From Gemmatimonadales bacterium (lineage in GTDB: Bacteria > Gemmatimonadota > Gemmatimonadetes > Gemmatimonadales > GWC2-71-9), in assembly GCA_041613315.1 (NCBI GenBank), contig JBFJHJ010000006.1, positions 30,439-94,438 of the forward strand: DNA of 64,000 bases. The letters run 5' to 3'. Below the pieces are notes generated by a model, which saw nothing but the letters and a program-made list of their open reading frames with translations, had not been told where the DNA came from and did not search any database. Shown piece by piece: positions 30,177-40,323 of this stretch. Position 1 is the stretch's first letter, and each line of letters starts with the position of its first letter. The position numbers and the translations under genes were made by a program.

Positions 30177-31169
30177 GTGGTCCGGATCGCGCTGGACGTG
30201 ATGGGCGGTGACGAGGCGCCCGCGGTGCCGGTCGCTGGCGCGCTCGAAGCGCTCGCCGAGCTCCCCGCATCCACCGAGATCCTGCTGGTCGGGCGCCGCG
30301 ACGCGATCGCCGCAGCCCTCGAGCCGCACGACGCCCCGGCGGACCGCCTGCGGATCGTCGAAGCTCCCGACGTGATCGCCATGAGCGAGAAGCCGCTCGC
30401 GGCCGTCCGCGGCAAGCCGAAGTCATCCATTCGGGTCGGTCTCGAGCTGCAAAAGGCCGGCGAGGCGGATGCCTTCATCTCGGCGGGCAACACGGGCGCC
30501 GTCCTCGCGGCGGCGACGCTCCTGCTGGGCCTCCACCCCGGGGTCGAGCGCGCAGCCATCGCCGCCCTGTTTCCGACCGGCGCTCAGCCGGTGCTCGTGA
30601 TAGACGGCGGTGCGAACGTCGATTGCAGCCCCCGCGAGCTGACTGGTTTCGCCCACCTCGGCTCGGTCTACGCGCGCGATGTGTTACGCCGGCCCGATCC
30701 GGGCGTGGGGCTGTTGAACATCGGCGAGGAAGCCGAAAAGGGGAATGCGGCGGTCCGGGACGTGCACGCGCTCCTCGCGCAGGAACCGGGGATCCGCTTC
30801 GTCGGCAACGTCGAAGGGCGCGATATTCTGGCGGGGGCGTGCGACGTGGTCGTGTGCGACGGGTTCGTGGGGAACGTCGTGCTCAAGTTCTACGAGTCCG
30901 TGGCGCGGCTCTTCCGGGACCTCCTCGTTCGCGAGGTGGAGCGCTCGGTGCTCGAGAGCGCCGGTCTCCGGCGCGTGTTCAAGGTGCTCGACTATTCGGA
31001 GTACGGGGGCGCACCCCTGCTCGGCGTGCGCGGGGTAGCGGTCATTTGCCACGGCCGCTCACCGGCCCGCGCCTTCAAGAATGCGATCCGCGTGGCGTTG
31101 CAGTCCGTCGAGAGCGGGCTGAGCGGGCATATCGGCGCGGAACTCACTCGAGGGGAGGCCGTGGCGTGA
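30177..31169 (+). CDS. plsX: Phosphate acyltransferase PlsX
   Basis: IALDVMGGD, SAGNTGA, CDGFVGN, YGGAPLLG. Confidence 0.96.
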   Translation: MVRIALDVMGGDEAPAVPVAGALEALAELPASTEILLVGRRDAIAAALEPHDAPADRLRIVEAPDVIAMSEKPLAAVRGKPKSSIRVGLELQKAGEADAFISAGNTGAVLAAATLLLGLHPGVERAAIAALFPTGAQPVLVIDGGANVDCSPRELTGFAHLGSVYARDVLRRPDPGVGLLNIGEEAEKGNAAVRDVHALLAQEPGIRFVGNVEGRDILAGACDVVVCDGFVGNVVLKFYESVARLFRDLLVREVERSVLESAGLRRVFKVLDYSEYGGAPLLGVRGVAVICHGRSPARAFKNAIRVALQSVESGLSGHIGAELTRGEAVA

Positions 31170-32158
31170 AGCGTCCGATTGCGGAAGTCGTGGGGACGGG
31201 GCGATACACGCCCCGGAAGGTGCTCACCAACGCGGACCTCGAGCGCCTGGTAGAGACCTCGGATGAGTGGATTGTCGAGCGGACGGGCATCCGCGAGCGG
31301 CGCATCGCCGAAGGAAGCGAGACCGTCGCGTACATGGCCAAGGTGGCGTGCGAGCAGGTGCTCGAAGCGGTGGGCCTCGGGCCCGAGGACGTCGATGCTA
31401 TCGTGGTCGGCACGGCGAGTCCCGATCGCTTGCTCCCGGCCCAAGCGTGTGACCTCCAAGCGACGCTGGGCGCCAAAAACGCCGCGGCCTTCGATGTCGG
31501 CGCGGCGTGCAGCGGGTTCATCTACGGGCTGAGCGTGGCCGAGGGCATGATCGCCAACGAGTCCGCCACGAACATCCTGGTCGTGGGCGCGGAGCGGCTC
31601 TCCACGATCACGGACTACACGGACCGGACGACCTGCATCCTCTTCGGCGACGGCGCCGGTGCGACCCTGGTGCGGCCGGTGCAAAACGGGGCCGGTCGCG
31701 GCATCCTCTCCACCTACCTCAAGACGGACGGGACGCTCGCCGAGCTGCTGTACCGGCCCGGGGGCGGCGCCTGCCATCCGCCGGACGAGGCGTTGCTGCG
31801 GGATCACGGGTACTTCATCAAGATGGCGGGCCGGGAGGTGTTCAAGTCGGCCGTGCGATCGATGGCGGATGCCTGCGACCGCGCCCTACAAAAGGCTGGG
31901 CTGTCGGCCGAGGACGTGGACGTGCTGATCCCGCACCAGGCGAACATTCGGATCATCGAGGCCACGGCCAAGCACGCCGGCGTCCCGATGGACAAGGTCT
32001 ACGTCAACATCGATCGGTACGGGAATACCTCCGCCGCCTCGATCCCGATCGCCCTCGACGAAGGCGTGCGGGCCGGTCGGATCACTCAGGGATCAATCGT
32101 GCTTCTCGTCGCGTTCGGCGGCGGGTTTACCTGGGGCAGCGCCCTCATCCGGTGGTAA
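31166..32158 (+). CDS. fabH: 3-oxoacyl-ACP synthase III
   Basis: AACSGF, FGDGAGA, PHQAN, GNTSAAS. Confidence 0.97.
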   Translation: MKRPIAEVVGTGRYTPRKVLTNADLERLVETSDEWIVERTGIRERRIAEGSETVAYMAKVACEQVLEAVGLGPEDVDAIVVGTASPDRLLPAQACDLQATLGAKNAAAFDVGAACSGFIYGLSVAEGMIANESATNILVVGAERLSTITDYTDRTTCILFGDGAGATLVRPVQNGAGRGILSTYLKTDGTLAELLYRPGGGACHPPDEALLRDHGYFIKMAGREVFKSAVRSMADACDRALQKAGLSAEDVDVLIPHQANIRIIEATAKHAGVPMDKVYVNIDRYGNTSAASIPIALDEGVRAGRITQGSIVLLVAFGGGFTWGSALIRW

Positions 32159-33090
32159 GTGCGATCGTGCTGTGCCCCGGCCAGGGGGCGCAGCGGGTGG
32201 GGATGGGGAAAGACCTGGCCGAACGGTTCGAGCCGGCGCGCGCCCTGTTCGCGGCGGTGGACGAGGCGCTGGGGATCGCCCTCTCGCGCCTCCTGTGGGA
32301 GGGGCCCGAGAACGAGCTCACGCTCACCCACAACGCGCAACCGGCCATCCTCGCGCACACCCTCGCGGTCCTGGCGGTGGTTCAGCATGCCATGGCGCCG
32401 GCGGCCGGCGCCGGACACTCCCTGGGCGAGTACAGCGCCTACGTGGCCGCCGGCGCGCTCGCTGCAGTGGATGCCGCGCGGCTGGTGCGGTGCCGCGGCG
32501 AGTTCATGCTGGAGGCCGGCCGGCGGCGGCCGGGCGCGATGGCGGCCGTGCTGGGGCTGGACGCCGACCGGGTAGCCGAGGTCTGCGCCGCCGAGAGTGG
32601 AGACGGCCGCGTCGTCGTGGCGGCCAACTTGAACGCGCCGGACCAGACGGTGATCTCGGGCGATCCCGAGGCGGTGGACCGGGCGGGCGAGCATCTCAAG
32701 CAGCTGGGGGCCAAGCGCGTCGTGCCGCTCAGGGTGAGCGGCGCCTTCCACTCGCCGCTGATGGCCCCGGCGGAAATGGGGCTCAAGGCGGAGCTCGCGC
32801 GCGTGGCGTTCCGCGATCCGGCGTTTCCGGTGATCGCCAACGCCACGGCCGAGCCGGTGCGGGATGCGGTGACCGCGAAACGGCAGCTCGGGGAACAGCT
32901 CACGGCGCCGGTCCGGTGGGTGGCTTCCATGCGGCGCGCCGCCGCCACCGCGCCGGAGGACGTGACGTTCATCGAGGTGGGACCGGGCAACGTCTTGAGC
33001 GGTCTCGCGCGCCGGATCGTGGACGGCGCCCGGACGATCGCCCTCGGCACGGCGGAGCAAGTGACGGCGTTTCTCGAGCAACACGGATGA
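32152..33090 (+). CDS. fabD: Malonyl-CoA:ACP transacylase
   Basis: PGQG.Q, GHSLGEY, SGAFHSPLM; start uncertain. Confidence 0.95.
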   Translation: MVSAIVLCPGQGAQRVGMGKDLAERFEPARALFAAVDEALGIALSRLLWEGPENELTLTHNAQPAILAHTLAVLAVVQHAMAPAAGAGHSLGEYSAYVAAGALAAVDAARLVRCRGEFMLEAGRRRPGAMAAVLGLDADRVAEVCAAESGDGRVVVAANLNAPDQTVISGDPEAVDRAGEHLKQLGAKRVVPLRVSGAFHSPLMAPAEMGLKAELARVAFRDPAFPVIANATAEPVRDAVTAKRQLGEQLTAPVRWVASMRRAAATAPEDVTFIEVGPGNVLSGLARRIVDGARTIALGTAEQVTAFLEQHG

Positions 33091-33830
33091 CCGTCGATCT
33101 CAGCGGCAAGGTGGCGATGGTGACCGGCGGCTCCCGGGGCATCGGGCGCGCCGTGGCCGAGTACCTCTACGCGGCCGGGGGCCACGTGGCGGTCATCGGC
33201 CGGGACGAGGCTCGGGCCCGCGTTGCCGCGGGCGCGCTCACTGGGCGCGGCAAGGCCCTCGCGGTCGGGGCCGATGTGGCCGATGCGGCGCAGGTCGAGG
33301 CGGCGGTCGCGACCATCGAGGCGGCGCTCGGTCCCGTGGACATCCTGGTCAACAACGCCGGCCTCACGCGCGACGGCGTCTTGGTGCGAATGAGCGACGA
33401 CGACTGGCAGACCGTGCTGGACGTCAATCTCAAGGGCGCGTTCAACACGATGAGGCACGTCACCCGCGGCATGATGAAGCGGCGTGCGGGTCGGGTCGTC
33501 AACGTGACGAGCATCGTGGGGCTCACCGGCAACCGCGGACAGGCGAACTACGCCGCGTCGAAGGCCGGGCTGATCGGGCTCACCAAGTCGGTCGCCAAAG
33601 AGCTGGCCTCGCGGAACGTCCTTATCAATGCCGTGGCGCCGGGGTTTATCGACACGGACATGACCCGGGATCTCCCGGAGACCGCCCGCGGAGCGTTGCT
33701 GGCGCAAATTCCCCTGGGGCGGCTCGGGAGCCCGGCGGATGTGGCGGGGGTCGTGCTCTTTCTCGCCTCCGACCTGGCGAGCTACATTACGGGCCAGGTC
33801 ATCGTCGTAGACGGCGGCATGGTGATGTGA
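33087..33830 (+). CDS. fabG: 3-oxoacyl-ACP reductase
   Basis: TGGSRGIG, NNAG, YAASK. Confidence 0.96.
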   Translation: MTVDLSGKVAMVTGGSRGIGRAVAEYLYAAGGHVAVIGRDEARARVAAGALTGRGKALAVGADVADAAQVEAAVATIEAALGPVDILVNNAGLTRDGVLVRMSDDDWQTVLDVNLKGAFNTMRHVTRGMMKRRAGRVVNVTSIVGLTGNRGQANYAASKAGLIGLTKSVAKELASRNVLINAVAPGFIDTDMTRDLPETARGALLAQIPLGRLGSPADVAGVVLFLASDLASYITGQVIVVDGGMVM

Positions 33831-33860
33831 CAACCGTTCTCCAACCGTAGAGGATCTAAC

Positions 33861-34109
33861 ATGGCAGGCATGGCCGAGCTGGAAGAAAAGGTCAAGGACA
33901 TCATCGTCGAGGAGCTTGGGGTCGAGCGCGAGAAGCTGGCCGAGGGCGCCAGCTTCATGGAGGATCTGGGCGCGGACAGTCTCGATACCGTTGAGCTGGT
34001 GATGGCCTTCGAGAAGGAGTTCGACATCGACATTCCCGACGAGGACGCCGAGAAGCTCCGCACGGTTGGGGACGCGCTCAAGTACCTGCACGAGAAGATG
34101 GGAGGCTGA
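33861..34109 (+). CDS. acpP: Acyl carrier protein
   Basis: [22 protein letters not shown]; alternative start 33870. Confidence 0.97.
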   Translation: MAGMAELEEKVKDIIVEELGVEREKLAEGASFMEDLGADSLDTVELVMAFEKEFDIDIPDEDAEKLRTVGDALKYLHEKMGG

Positions 34110-34113
34110 CGGG

Positions 34114-35355
34114 TTGAAGCGCCGAGTCGTCGTTACGGGACTGGGCGTCGTCTCCCCGCTGGGAATGTCCTTCGCCGACACCTGGGAGGGCCTCCTTGCC
34201 GGGCGGTCGGGCGCCGCTCGGATCGAACGCTTCGACCCGACCGAGCTCGAGGTTCAGTTCGCATGTGAAGTGAAGAACTTCGACCCGCTCGCGTTCATGG
34301 ACCGGAAGGAGGTCAAGCGGGCGGACCTCTACTCGCAGTACGCCCTCGCCGCCGCCGCGCAGGCGATGCAGGATGCGGGTCACAACGGGACGTTGCCGGC
34401 GCCCGACCGCACGGGCGTCGTGATCGGCAGCGGGATCGGCGGCATTTGGACCTTCGAGGAGCAGTGCAAACTGTATCTCACCAAGGGGCCCAACCGCGTC
34501 TCGCCCTTCTTCGTCCCGATGTTCATTCCGGACATGGCGTCCGGGCTCGTCTCGATCCGTTACGGGGCCAAGGGTCCCAACTACTGCACGGTCTCGGCCT
34601 GTGCGTCGTCCGCCCACGCCATCGGCGAGGCGATGCGGCTGATCCAGAGTGGTGAAGCGGACGTCATGATCGCGGGAGGCGCCGAGGCCGCGGTCACGCC
34701 GCTCGCGATGGCCGGGTTCCAGAACATGAAAGCCCTGTCCAGCCGGAACGACGAGCCCACGAAAGCGTCGCGTCCCTTTGACAAGGATCGGGACGGGTTC
34801 GTGATGGGGGACGGGTCGGGCATCGTCATCCTGGAGGCGCTGGAGCACGCCCTCGACCGCGGGGCGACCCTTCGGGCCGAGATACTGGGCTACGGGATGA
34901 GCGCCGACGCGCACCACATGACACAGCCGGCGCCGGGCGGCGAAGGCGCGAAGCGAGCGATGCTGGAGTGCCTGCGGGACGCCAAGCTCGACCCGACCGA
35001 CATCGACTACATCAACGCGCACGGCACGTCCACGCCCCACGGGGATGCGGCCGAGGTGCAGGCGGTGAAGGAGGTGTTCGGGGCGCATGCCCACCAACTC
35101 GTGATGGGCTCGACCAAGTCGATGACGGGGCACCTGCTGGGGGCCGCGGGCGGCCTCGAGTTCGCCATCTGTGTGCGGACCATCGAGGACCACATCATCC
35201 CGCCCACGACCAATCAGGACACGCCCGATCCCGACTGCGACCTGAACTGCGCGCCAAACGTGCCGCTCAAGCGGGACGTCACCGTGGCACTCTCCAACTC
35301 CTTCGGCTTCGGCGGGCACAATGTCTCGCTGGCGTTGGCCGGCTACCGCCCGTGA
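34114..35355 (+). CDS. fabF: 3-oxoacyl-ACP synthase II
   Basis: TTG start after GGAGG; SACAS, NAHGTST, GHLLGA, SNSFGFGG. Confidence 0.96.
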   Translation: MKRRVVVTGLGVVSPLGMSFADTWEGLLAGRSGAARIERFDPTELEVQFACEVKNFDPLAFMDRKEVKRADLYSQYALAAAAQAMQDAGHNGTLPAPDRTGVVIGSGIGGIWTFEEQCKLYLTKGPNRVSPFFVPMFIPDMASGLVSIRYGAKGPNYCTVSACASSAHAIGEAMRLIQSGEADVMIAGGAEAAVTPLAMAGFQNMKALSSRNDEPTKASRPFDKDRDGFVMGDGSGIVILEALEHALDRGATLRAEILGYGMSADAHHMTQPAPGGEGAKRAMLECLRDAKLDPTDIDYINAHGTSTPHGDAAEVQAVKEVFGAHAHQLVMGSTKSMTGHLLGAAGGLEFAICVRTIEDHIIPPTTNQDTPDPDCDLNCAPNVPLKRDVTVALSNSFGFGGHNVSLALAGYRP

Positions 35356-36566
35356 GCCGCGCCACGCTCCTGACCGACCCGCGGCTCCTGCCGATCGCCG
35401 ACGCCGTGCAAGCCGGGAAGCGGCTCACCCCCGAGGACGGCGTCGCGCTGTTTGACACCCCGGACCTCATCGGGCTGGGGGCCCTGGCCGACCTGGCCAA
35501 CCGCCGCCGGAACGGTGACCGGGTCCTGTTCTCCGCGAACCACCACATCAATCCCACGAACGTCTGCGTGTTGCGCAACACCTGCGTGTTCTGCTCCTTC
35601 GCCCGCATGCCGAAGGAGGAAGGGGCCTACACCCGGTCGCTGGAGGAGGTGTTTGTCGAGGCCGAGGCGGCGCGAGACAACCCCACGACCGAGTTCCACA
35701 TCGTGGGCGGGCTGCATCCCAAGCTGCGGCTGTCGTATTACACCGACATGATCCGCGGGCTCAAGGCGCGGCACCCGGGCGTGCACATCAAAGCGCTCAC
35801 CGCGGTCGAGATCGCGCACCTGGCGAAGATCGAGCGTTGCAGCACGGTCGAGGTCCTGCGAGCGCTCCAGGCGGCCGGCCTGACCTCGCTTCCCGGCGGC
35901 GGCGCGGAGGTGTTCAGTCCGGCGGTGCGGGTCACGATCGCGGACCGAAAGCTCGTGGCGGACGACTGGCTCCGCGTGCACCGTGAGGCGCACGCGCTGG
36001 GCATTCCGACGAACTGCACGATGCTCTACGGGCACGTCGAAACGGCCCACGATCGGATCGCGCACCTGACGCTGCTGCGCGACCTGCAGGACGAGACCGG
36101 CGGCTTCCTCACCTATATCCCGCTCGCGTACCATCCCGACCACAACGTGTTGGGAGAGGAGCTGGAGCGGACGGGCACGGCGACAACGGGCGTGGAAGAC
36201 CTCAAGAATATCGCGGTGGGGCGCCTCTACCTCGACAACATCGCCCACGTGAAGACCCACTGGCCGATGGTCACGGCGTTCACGTCGCAGGTGGCGCTCC
36301 ACTTCGGCTGCGACGACGTCGAGGGGACGGTCGTCTATGAGCGGGTGTACCACGACGCCGGGGCCCATACGCCGATGATGCTCTCCTACGGAGAGCTGGT
36401 GCGACTCATCCGCGGGGCGGGCAAGGAGCCCGTCGAGCGGAACTCCCTCTATGAGCCCATCCGCACGTTTGCCCCGGACGATCCCATTTTCGAGTCGGAC
36501 GCAGGTGACGGATCGCTGACGGCCGATCGCGCCGTGGTGGACCTCGTCGGAACGGGGCGCGCCTGA
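35352..36566 (+). CDS. mqnE: Aminofutalosine synthase (CofH/Mqn radical SAM family)
   Basis: HINPTNVC, HIVGGLHP, KALTAVEI, LPGGGAE, TMLYGHVE; adjacent to mqnA and mqnC. Confidence 0.88.
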   Translation: MSRATLLTDPRLLPIADAVQAGKRLTPEDGVALFDTPDLIGLGALADLANRRRNGDRVLFSANHHINPTNVCVLRNTCVFCSFARMPKEEGAYTRSLEEVFVEAEAARDNPTTEFHIVGGLHPKLRLSYYTDMIRGLKARHPGVHIKALTAVEIAHLAKIERCSTVEVLRALQAAGLTSLPGGGAEVFSPAVRVTIADRKLVADDWLRVHREAHALGIPTNCTMLYGHVETAHDRIAHLTLLRDLQDETGGFLTYIPLAYHPDHNVLGEELERTGTATTGVEDLKNIAVGRLYLDNIAHVKTHWPMVTAFTSQVALHFGCDDVEGTVVYERVYHDAGAHTPMMLSYGELVRLIRGAGKEPVERNSLYEPIRTFAPDDPIFESDAGDGSLTADRAVVDLVGTGRA

Positions 36567-37429
36567 TGCGTCTTGGCCGGATCGGGTACATCAACTGCTA
36601 TCCGATCTACGGGGCGATCGACCGGAAGATCGTGCCGGTGGAAGCCGACCTGGTGACCGGGACGCCTTCCGAGCTCAACGGGCTCCTGGCGGCAGGCGCC
36701 GTGGATGTCTCTGTCGTGTCCGCGGTGGAGTACGCGCGGAACGCCGATGCGTACGAGCTCCTGCCGGATCTCGCCGTGTCGTGTGACGGCCCGGTGCGGA
36801 GCGTGGCGCTGTTCGCCACGCGGCCGGTGGAGGCGCTGGACCGGGCCACGGTGCTGGTCTCCGCGTCGTCGCGCACCTCGGTGCACCTGCTCGAGCTGCT
36901 CGCGCGCGACGTCTGGCAGGTGCGGCTCTCCCTGGTCGTCGCCCGCACCGAAGCCGACGACCTGCCGGGGTTGGCGACGCTGCCCCACGAGGCCGTGCTC
37001 GTGATCGGCGACGCGGCCCTGCTCCTCGCCGCCCAGGGACGCTATCCGTATCGTTACGACCTGGGCGAGGCGTGGAAGGCATGGACCGGGCTGCCGTTCG
37101 TGTTTGCCGTGTGGGCAGCGCGCCGCGGGAGACCGCTCGGGCGGTCGGGAGGTCCGGCGGACCGCGAGCGTGGCTCTCGCGAGGCCGTGCGCCGCGTGCA
37201 CGAGGCGCTCTTGGCGTCCCGCGAGTGGGGGCTCGGCCACCTCGACACCCTCGCCAAACAGGCCGCGGCGACGACGGGCCTGCCGCGCGACCTGTGCGAG
37301 GAGTATCTGAGCGGCCTGGACTATGACCTGTCCTACCGGCACCTCGAAGGCCTCACCAGCTTCTTTCGGCGACTCGCGGCCCGGGGGATGGTGCCCGACG
37401 GATCGTTGCGGTTTCTCTCGGTGGCGTGA
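36566..37429 (+). CDS. mqnA: Chorismate dehydratase (futalosine pathway)
   Basis: GRIGYINC, GPVRSV, SRTS, LVIGDAAL, WTGLPFVFAVW. Confidence 0.9.
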   Translation: MRLGRIGYINCYPIYGAIDRKIVPVEADLVTGTPSELNGLLAAGAVDVSVVSAVEYARNADAYELLPDLAVSCDGPVRSVALFATRPVEALDRATVLVSASSRTSVHLLELLARDVWQVRLSLVVARTEADDLPGLATLPHEAVLVIGDAALLLAAQGRYPYRYDLGEAWKAWTGLPFVFAVWAARRGRPLGRSGGPADRERGSREAVRRVHEALLASREWGLGHLDTLAKQAAATTGLPRDLCEEYLSGLDYDLSYRHLEGLTSFFRRLAARGMVPDGSLRFLSVA

Positions 37430-37500
37430 CACGGTTCGCCGTGAGGAGGTGAGGCGACCACCGCCGGTCAGCCGTGTGCCACGTCGCTCACGGGCGCGTC

Positions 37501-37528
37501 ACGGAAAACGGAAAACGGATCACGAGTT
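37501..37528 (+). repeat. Degenerate heptamer tandem array (ACGGANN type)
   Basis: ACGGAAA ACGGAAA ACGGATC ACGAGTT. Confidence 0.65.
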
Positions 37529-37539
37529 GCAGACTGCCG

Positions 37540-38595
37540 ATGGCGATGGTTGATCGAAGCTCAAGCGAATTCCGGGAATATCTCGAGCTCTACGAGCGCA
37601 CCCCGCTCCTGGAGCTGGGCGCCCTGGCGGATGCGACGCGCCGTCGGCTGCACCCGGAGGACGTCGTCACGTACATCGTGGACCGCAACATCAACTACAC
37701 GAACGTGTGCGTGGCGGACTGTTCGTTCTGCGCCTTCTACCGGCGGCCCAAGCACGACGAGGGATATGTCCTCTCGTTCGAGCAAATCGGGGCCAAGATC
37801 GATGAGGCCAAGCAACTGGGGGCGGTCCAGATCTTGATCCAGGGCGGGCACAACCCGTACATCCCGTTCGAGTGGTACCTGGACCTCATGCGCTACATCA
37901 AGCGACACCACCCGATCCATATCCACGGCTTCTCCCCGTCCGAGATCGACTTCTTCAGCACCCGATTCCGCATGGAGGCCGAGACCGTGATTTGCGAGTT
38001 GCGGGCGGCGGGGCTCGACTCGATCCCGGGCGGCGGCGGCGAGATCCTGGTGCAGGAGATCCGGGACCGGGTGGCCAAGAAGAAGGCGGGGGCCGACCGC
38101 TGGCTCGAGATCATGGAGCTGGCGCACCGCCTCGGCATGAAGACATCGGTGACGATGATGTACGGCCTTGGCGAGACGAACGCCGACCGGATCGAGCATC
38201 TCGTCCGGGTGCGGGACGTGCAGGCGCGGACCGGTGGATTCACGGCGTTCATCACGTGGCCCCTCCAGCCCGAACACACCGAGATGGAGGGCACCCCCAA
38301 GACCGACGCCGTGACGCACCTCCGGACGGTGGCGATCTCGAGGATCATGTTGGAGAACGTGCCGAACCTGCAGGCCTCGTGGGTCACGATGGGGCTCAAA
38401 ATCGGGCAGATCGCCCTCCGCTTCGGATGCAACGACTTCGGCTCACTAATGATCGAGGAGAACGTCGTCTCGGCCGCCGGCACGACCCATCGGGCGACGC
38501 TCGAGGAGATGCGGCGCCACATCCGGGATGCGGGATTCACGCCGGCGCGACGTCGGCAAGACTACTCGATCATCGAAGTCGAGCGGGCGGCCTGA
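37540..38595 (+). CDS. mqnC: Cyclic dehypoxanthinyl futalosine synthase
   Basis: VTYIVDRNINYTNVCVADCSFCAF, EENVVSAAG; start 37540 or 37546. Confidence 0.93.
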   Translation: MAMVDRSSSEFREYLELYERTPLLELGALADATRRRLHPEDVVTYIVDRNINYTNVCVADCSFCAFYRRPKHDEGYVLSFEQIGAKIDEAKQLGAVQILIQGGHNPYIPFEWYLDLMRYIKRHHPIHIHGFSPSEIDFFSTRFRMEAETVICELRAAGLDSIPGGGGEILVQEIRDRVAKKKAGADRWLEIMELAHRLGMKTSVTMMYGLGETNADRIEHLVRVRDVQARTGGFTAFITWPLQPEHTEMEGTPKTDAVTHLRTVAISRIMLENVPNLQASWVTMGLKIGQIALRFGCNDFGSLMIEENVVSAAGTTHRATLEEMRRHIRDAGFTPARRRQDYSIIEVERAA

Positions 38596-38710
38596 GTCCG
38601 GGACCGGCGACCGTGACGACGGTAGCGATGAGCACAGCGGCCACTGGCGGTCTCGCGCGGCGGCCGGGAGCTCGGCGGGTGCCGGCCGCCTCTCCCCACA
38701 CCCGCCCCTC

Positions 38711-39112
38711 GTGAGTGCCAAACCGATTCTGATCGTCGCCGGCTCGGAGAGCGACCGCGAGCGCATCGCGGCCGCGTTTCAGGTGCTGGACGAGGCGAAG
38801 GTGGGCTACGACTTCGTCGTGTCGTCGGCTCACCGCAACGCGGAGCAGACGGCGGCGCTCGCCAGGGATGCGAAGAAGAACGGCTACCGGGTCGTGATCG
38901 CGGCGGCGGGGCTCGCCGCCGCGCTCCCCGGGACCGTCGCCGCCCTGACCGAGCTGCCGGTGGTCGGCCTTCCACTCGATGTCGGTCCGCTGCGGGGGGT
39001 GGACGCGCTGTATGCCATCGCCCAACTGCCGCCCGGCTGTCCCGTGGGGACGGTCGGCATCGGGAACGCGAAGAACGCGGCCTTGTTGGCGCTCCGGATC
39101 CTGGGGCGCTGA
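38711..39112 (+). CDS. purE: PurE family (N5-CAIR mutase/AIR carboxylase), short form
   Basis: GSESD, SAHR, AGLAAALPG, GVDAL, PPG.PVGTV, NAALLA. Confidence 0.85.
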   Translation: MSAKPILIVAGSESDRERIAAAFQVLDEAKVGYDFVVSSAHRNAEQTAALARDAKKNGYRVVIAAAGLAAALPGTVAALTELPVVGLPLDVGPLRGVDALYAIAQLPPGCPVGTVGIGNAKNAALLALRILGR

Positions 39113-39129
39113 GCGCGTCGCGGGCGCCG

Positions 39130-39164
39130 ACCGCCCTACCGCCCTCCCGCCCTCCCGCCTACCG
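39130..39164 (+). repeat. Degenerate octamer tandem array
   Basis: ACCGCCCT ACCGCCCT CCCGCCCT CCCGCCT ACCG. Confidence 0.65.
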
Positions 39165-39171
39165 TTACCCC

Positions 39172-40323
39172 ATGCACACCGCCACACGCACGCACTCGTT
39201 CACTGAGTCGGTCATCCGCGGGATGACCCGGCTGGCCAGCGAGCACGGCGCGATCAACCTGGCCCAGGGCTTCCCGAACTTTCCAGCCCCCGACGTCCTC
39301 AAGGAAGCGGCCGCGACGGCGATCCGTCACGATGTCAACCAGTACGCGATCACGTGGGGTGCCAAGCGGTATCGCGATGCGCTCGCCGCCAAGTACCACG
39401 AGTGGTACGGCTGCGAGGTGAACCCCGAGACCGAGATCACGGTCACGTGTGGCGCGACCGAGGCCATGGCGGCCGCCCTGCTCGCGATCGTGGACCCCGG
39501 CGACGAGGTGATCGTTTTCGAGCCCTACTACGAAAACTACGGACCCGACGCGATTCTCTGCGGCGCCCGGCCCGTGTATGTGCCGATGGGTGTGGGGCAG
39601 GGCGTGGACCTGGACCGCGTCGCGAAGGCGTTCTCGAAGAAGACGCGCGCCATCATCATCAACACGCCCAACAACCCTACCGGTCATGTGTTCACTCGGG
39701 GGGAGCTCGAAGGGATCGCCGCGCTCTGCCGCCGCCATGGCGCCTATGCGGTCACCGACGAGATCTACGAGCACATCTGTTACGAGGGGGAGCACATCCC
39801 GATCGCCACGCTCCCCGATATGAGGGATCGCACGATCACCGTGAGCGGCGCGTCCAAGACGTTCAGCATCACGGGCTGGCGCATCGGGACGATCGTCGCG
39901 CCGGCCGAGGTGACGAACGCCATCCGCAAGGTGCACGACTTCCTGACCGTGGGTGCGCCGGCGCCCCTGCAGGAAGCCGTGGCGGTCGGGCTCGAGACGC
40001 TGGGTCCGGACTACTACGCGACGCTGGTGCGCGAGTATCGGGAGCGCCGCACCGTGCTGTACGAGGGGCTCTGCCGCGTCGGCTTCCGCTGCAGCCCACC
40101 TGGCGGCGCGTATTACGTGCTCGCGGACACCTCCGGCCTCACGGACCAATCGGATACCGCGTTCTCCGAGTGGCTCACACGGGAGATCGGGGTCGCTCCG
40201 GTGCCGGGCTCGAGCTTCTACTCGCGCCCCGCATCGGGACGCACGCTCGTTCGGTTCGCTTTCTGCAAGACGATGGATGTGCTGCAGGAAGCGGTGAAGC
40301 GGTTGCAGGCGGTCGGGCGGTAG
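39172..40323 (+). CDS. PLP-dependent aminotransferase class I/II
   Basis: INLAQGFP, GATEA, NTPNNPTG, DEIY, SKTFSITGWRIG. Confidence 0.92.
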   Translation: MHTATRTHSFTESVIRGMTRLASEHGAINLAQGFPNFPAPDVLKEAAATAIRHDVNQYAITWGAKRYRDALAAKYHEWYGCEVNPETEITVTCGATEAMAAALLAIVDPGDEVIVFEPYYENYGPDAILCGARPVYVPMGVGQGVDLDRVAKAFSKKTRAIIINTPNNPTGHVFTRGELEGIAALCRRHGAYAVTDEIYEHICYEGEHIPIATLPDMRDRTITVSGASKTFSITGWRIGTIVAPAEVTNAIRKVHDFLTVGAPAPLQEAVAVGLETLGPDYYATLVREYRERRTVLYEGLCRVGFRCSPPGGAYYVLADTSGLTDQSDTAFSEWLTREIGVAPVPGSSFYSRPASGRTLVRFAFCKTMDVLQEAVKRLQAVGR

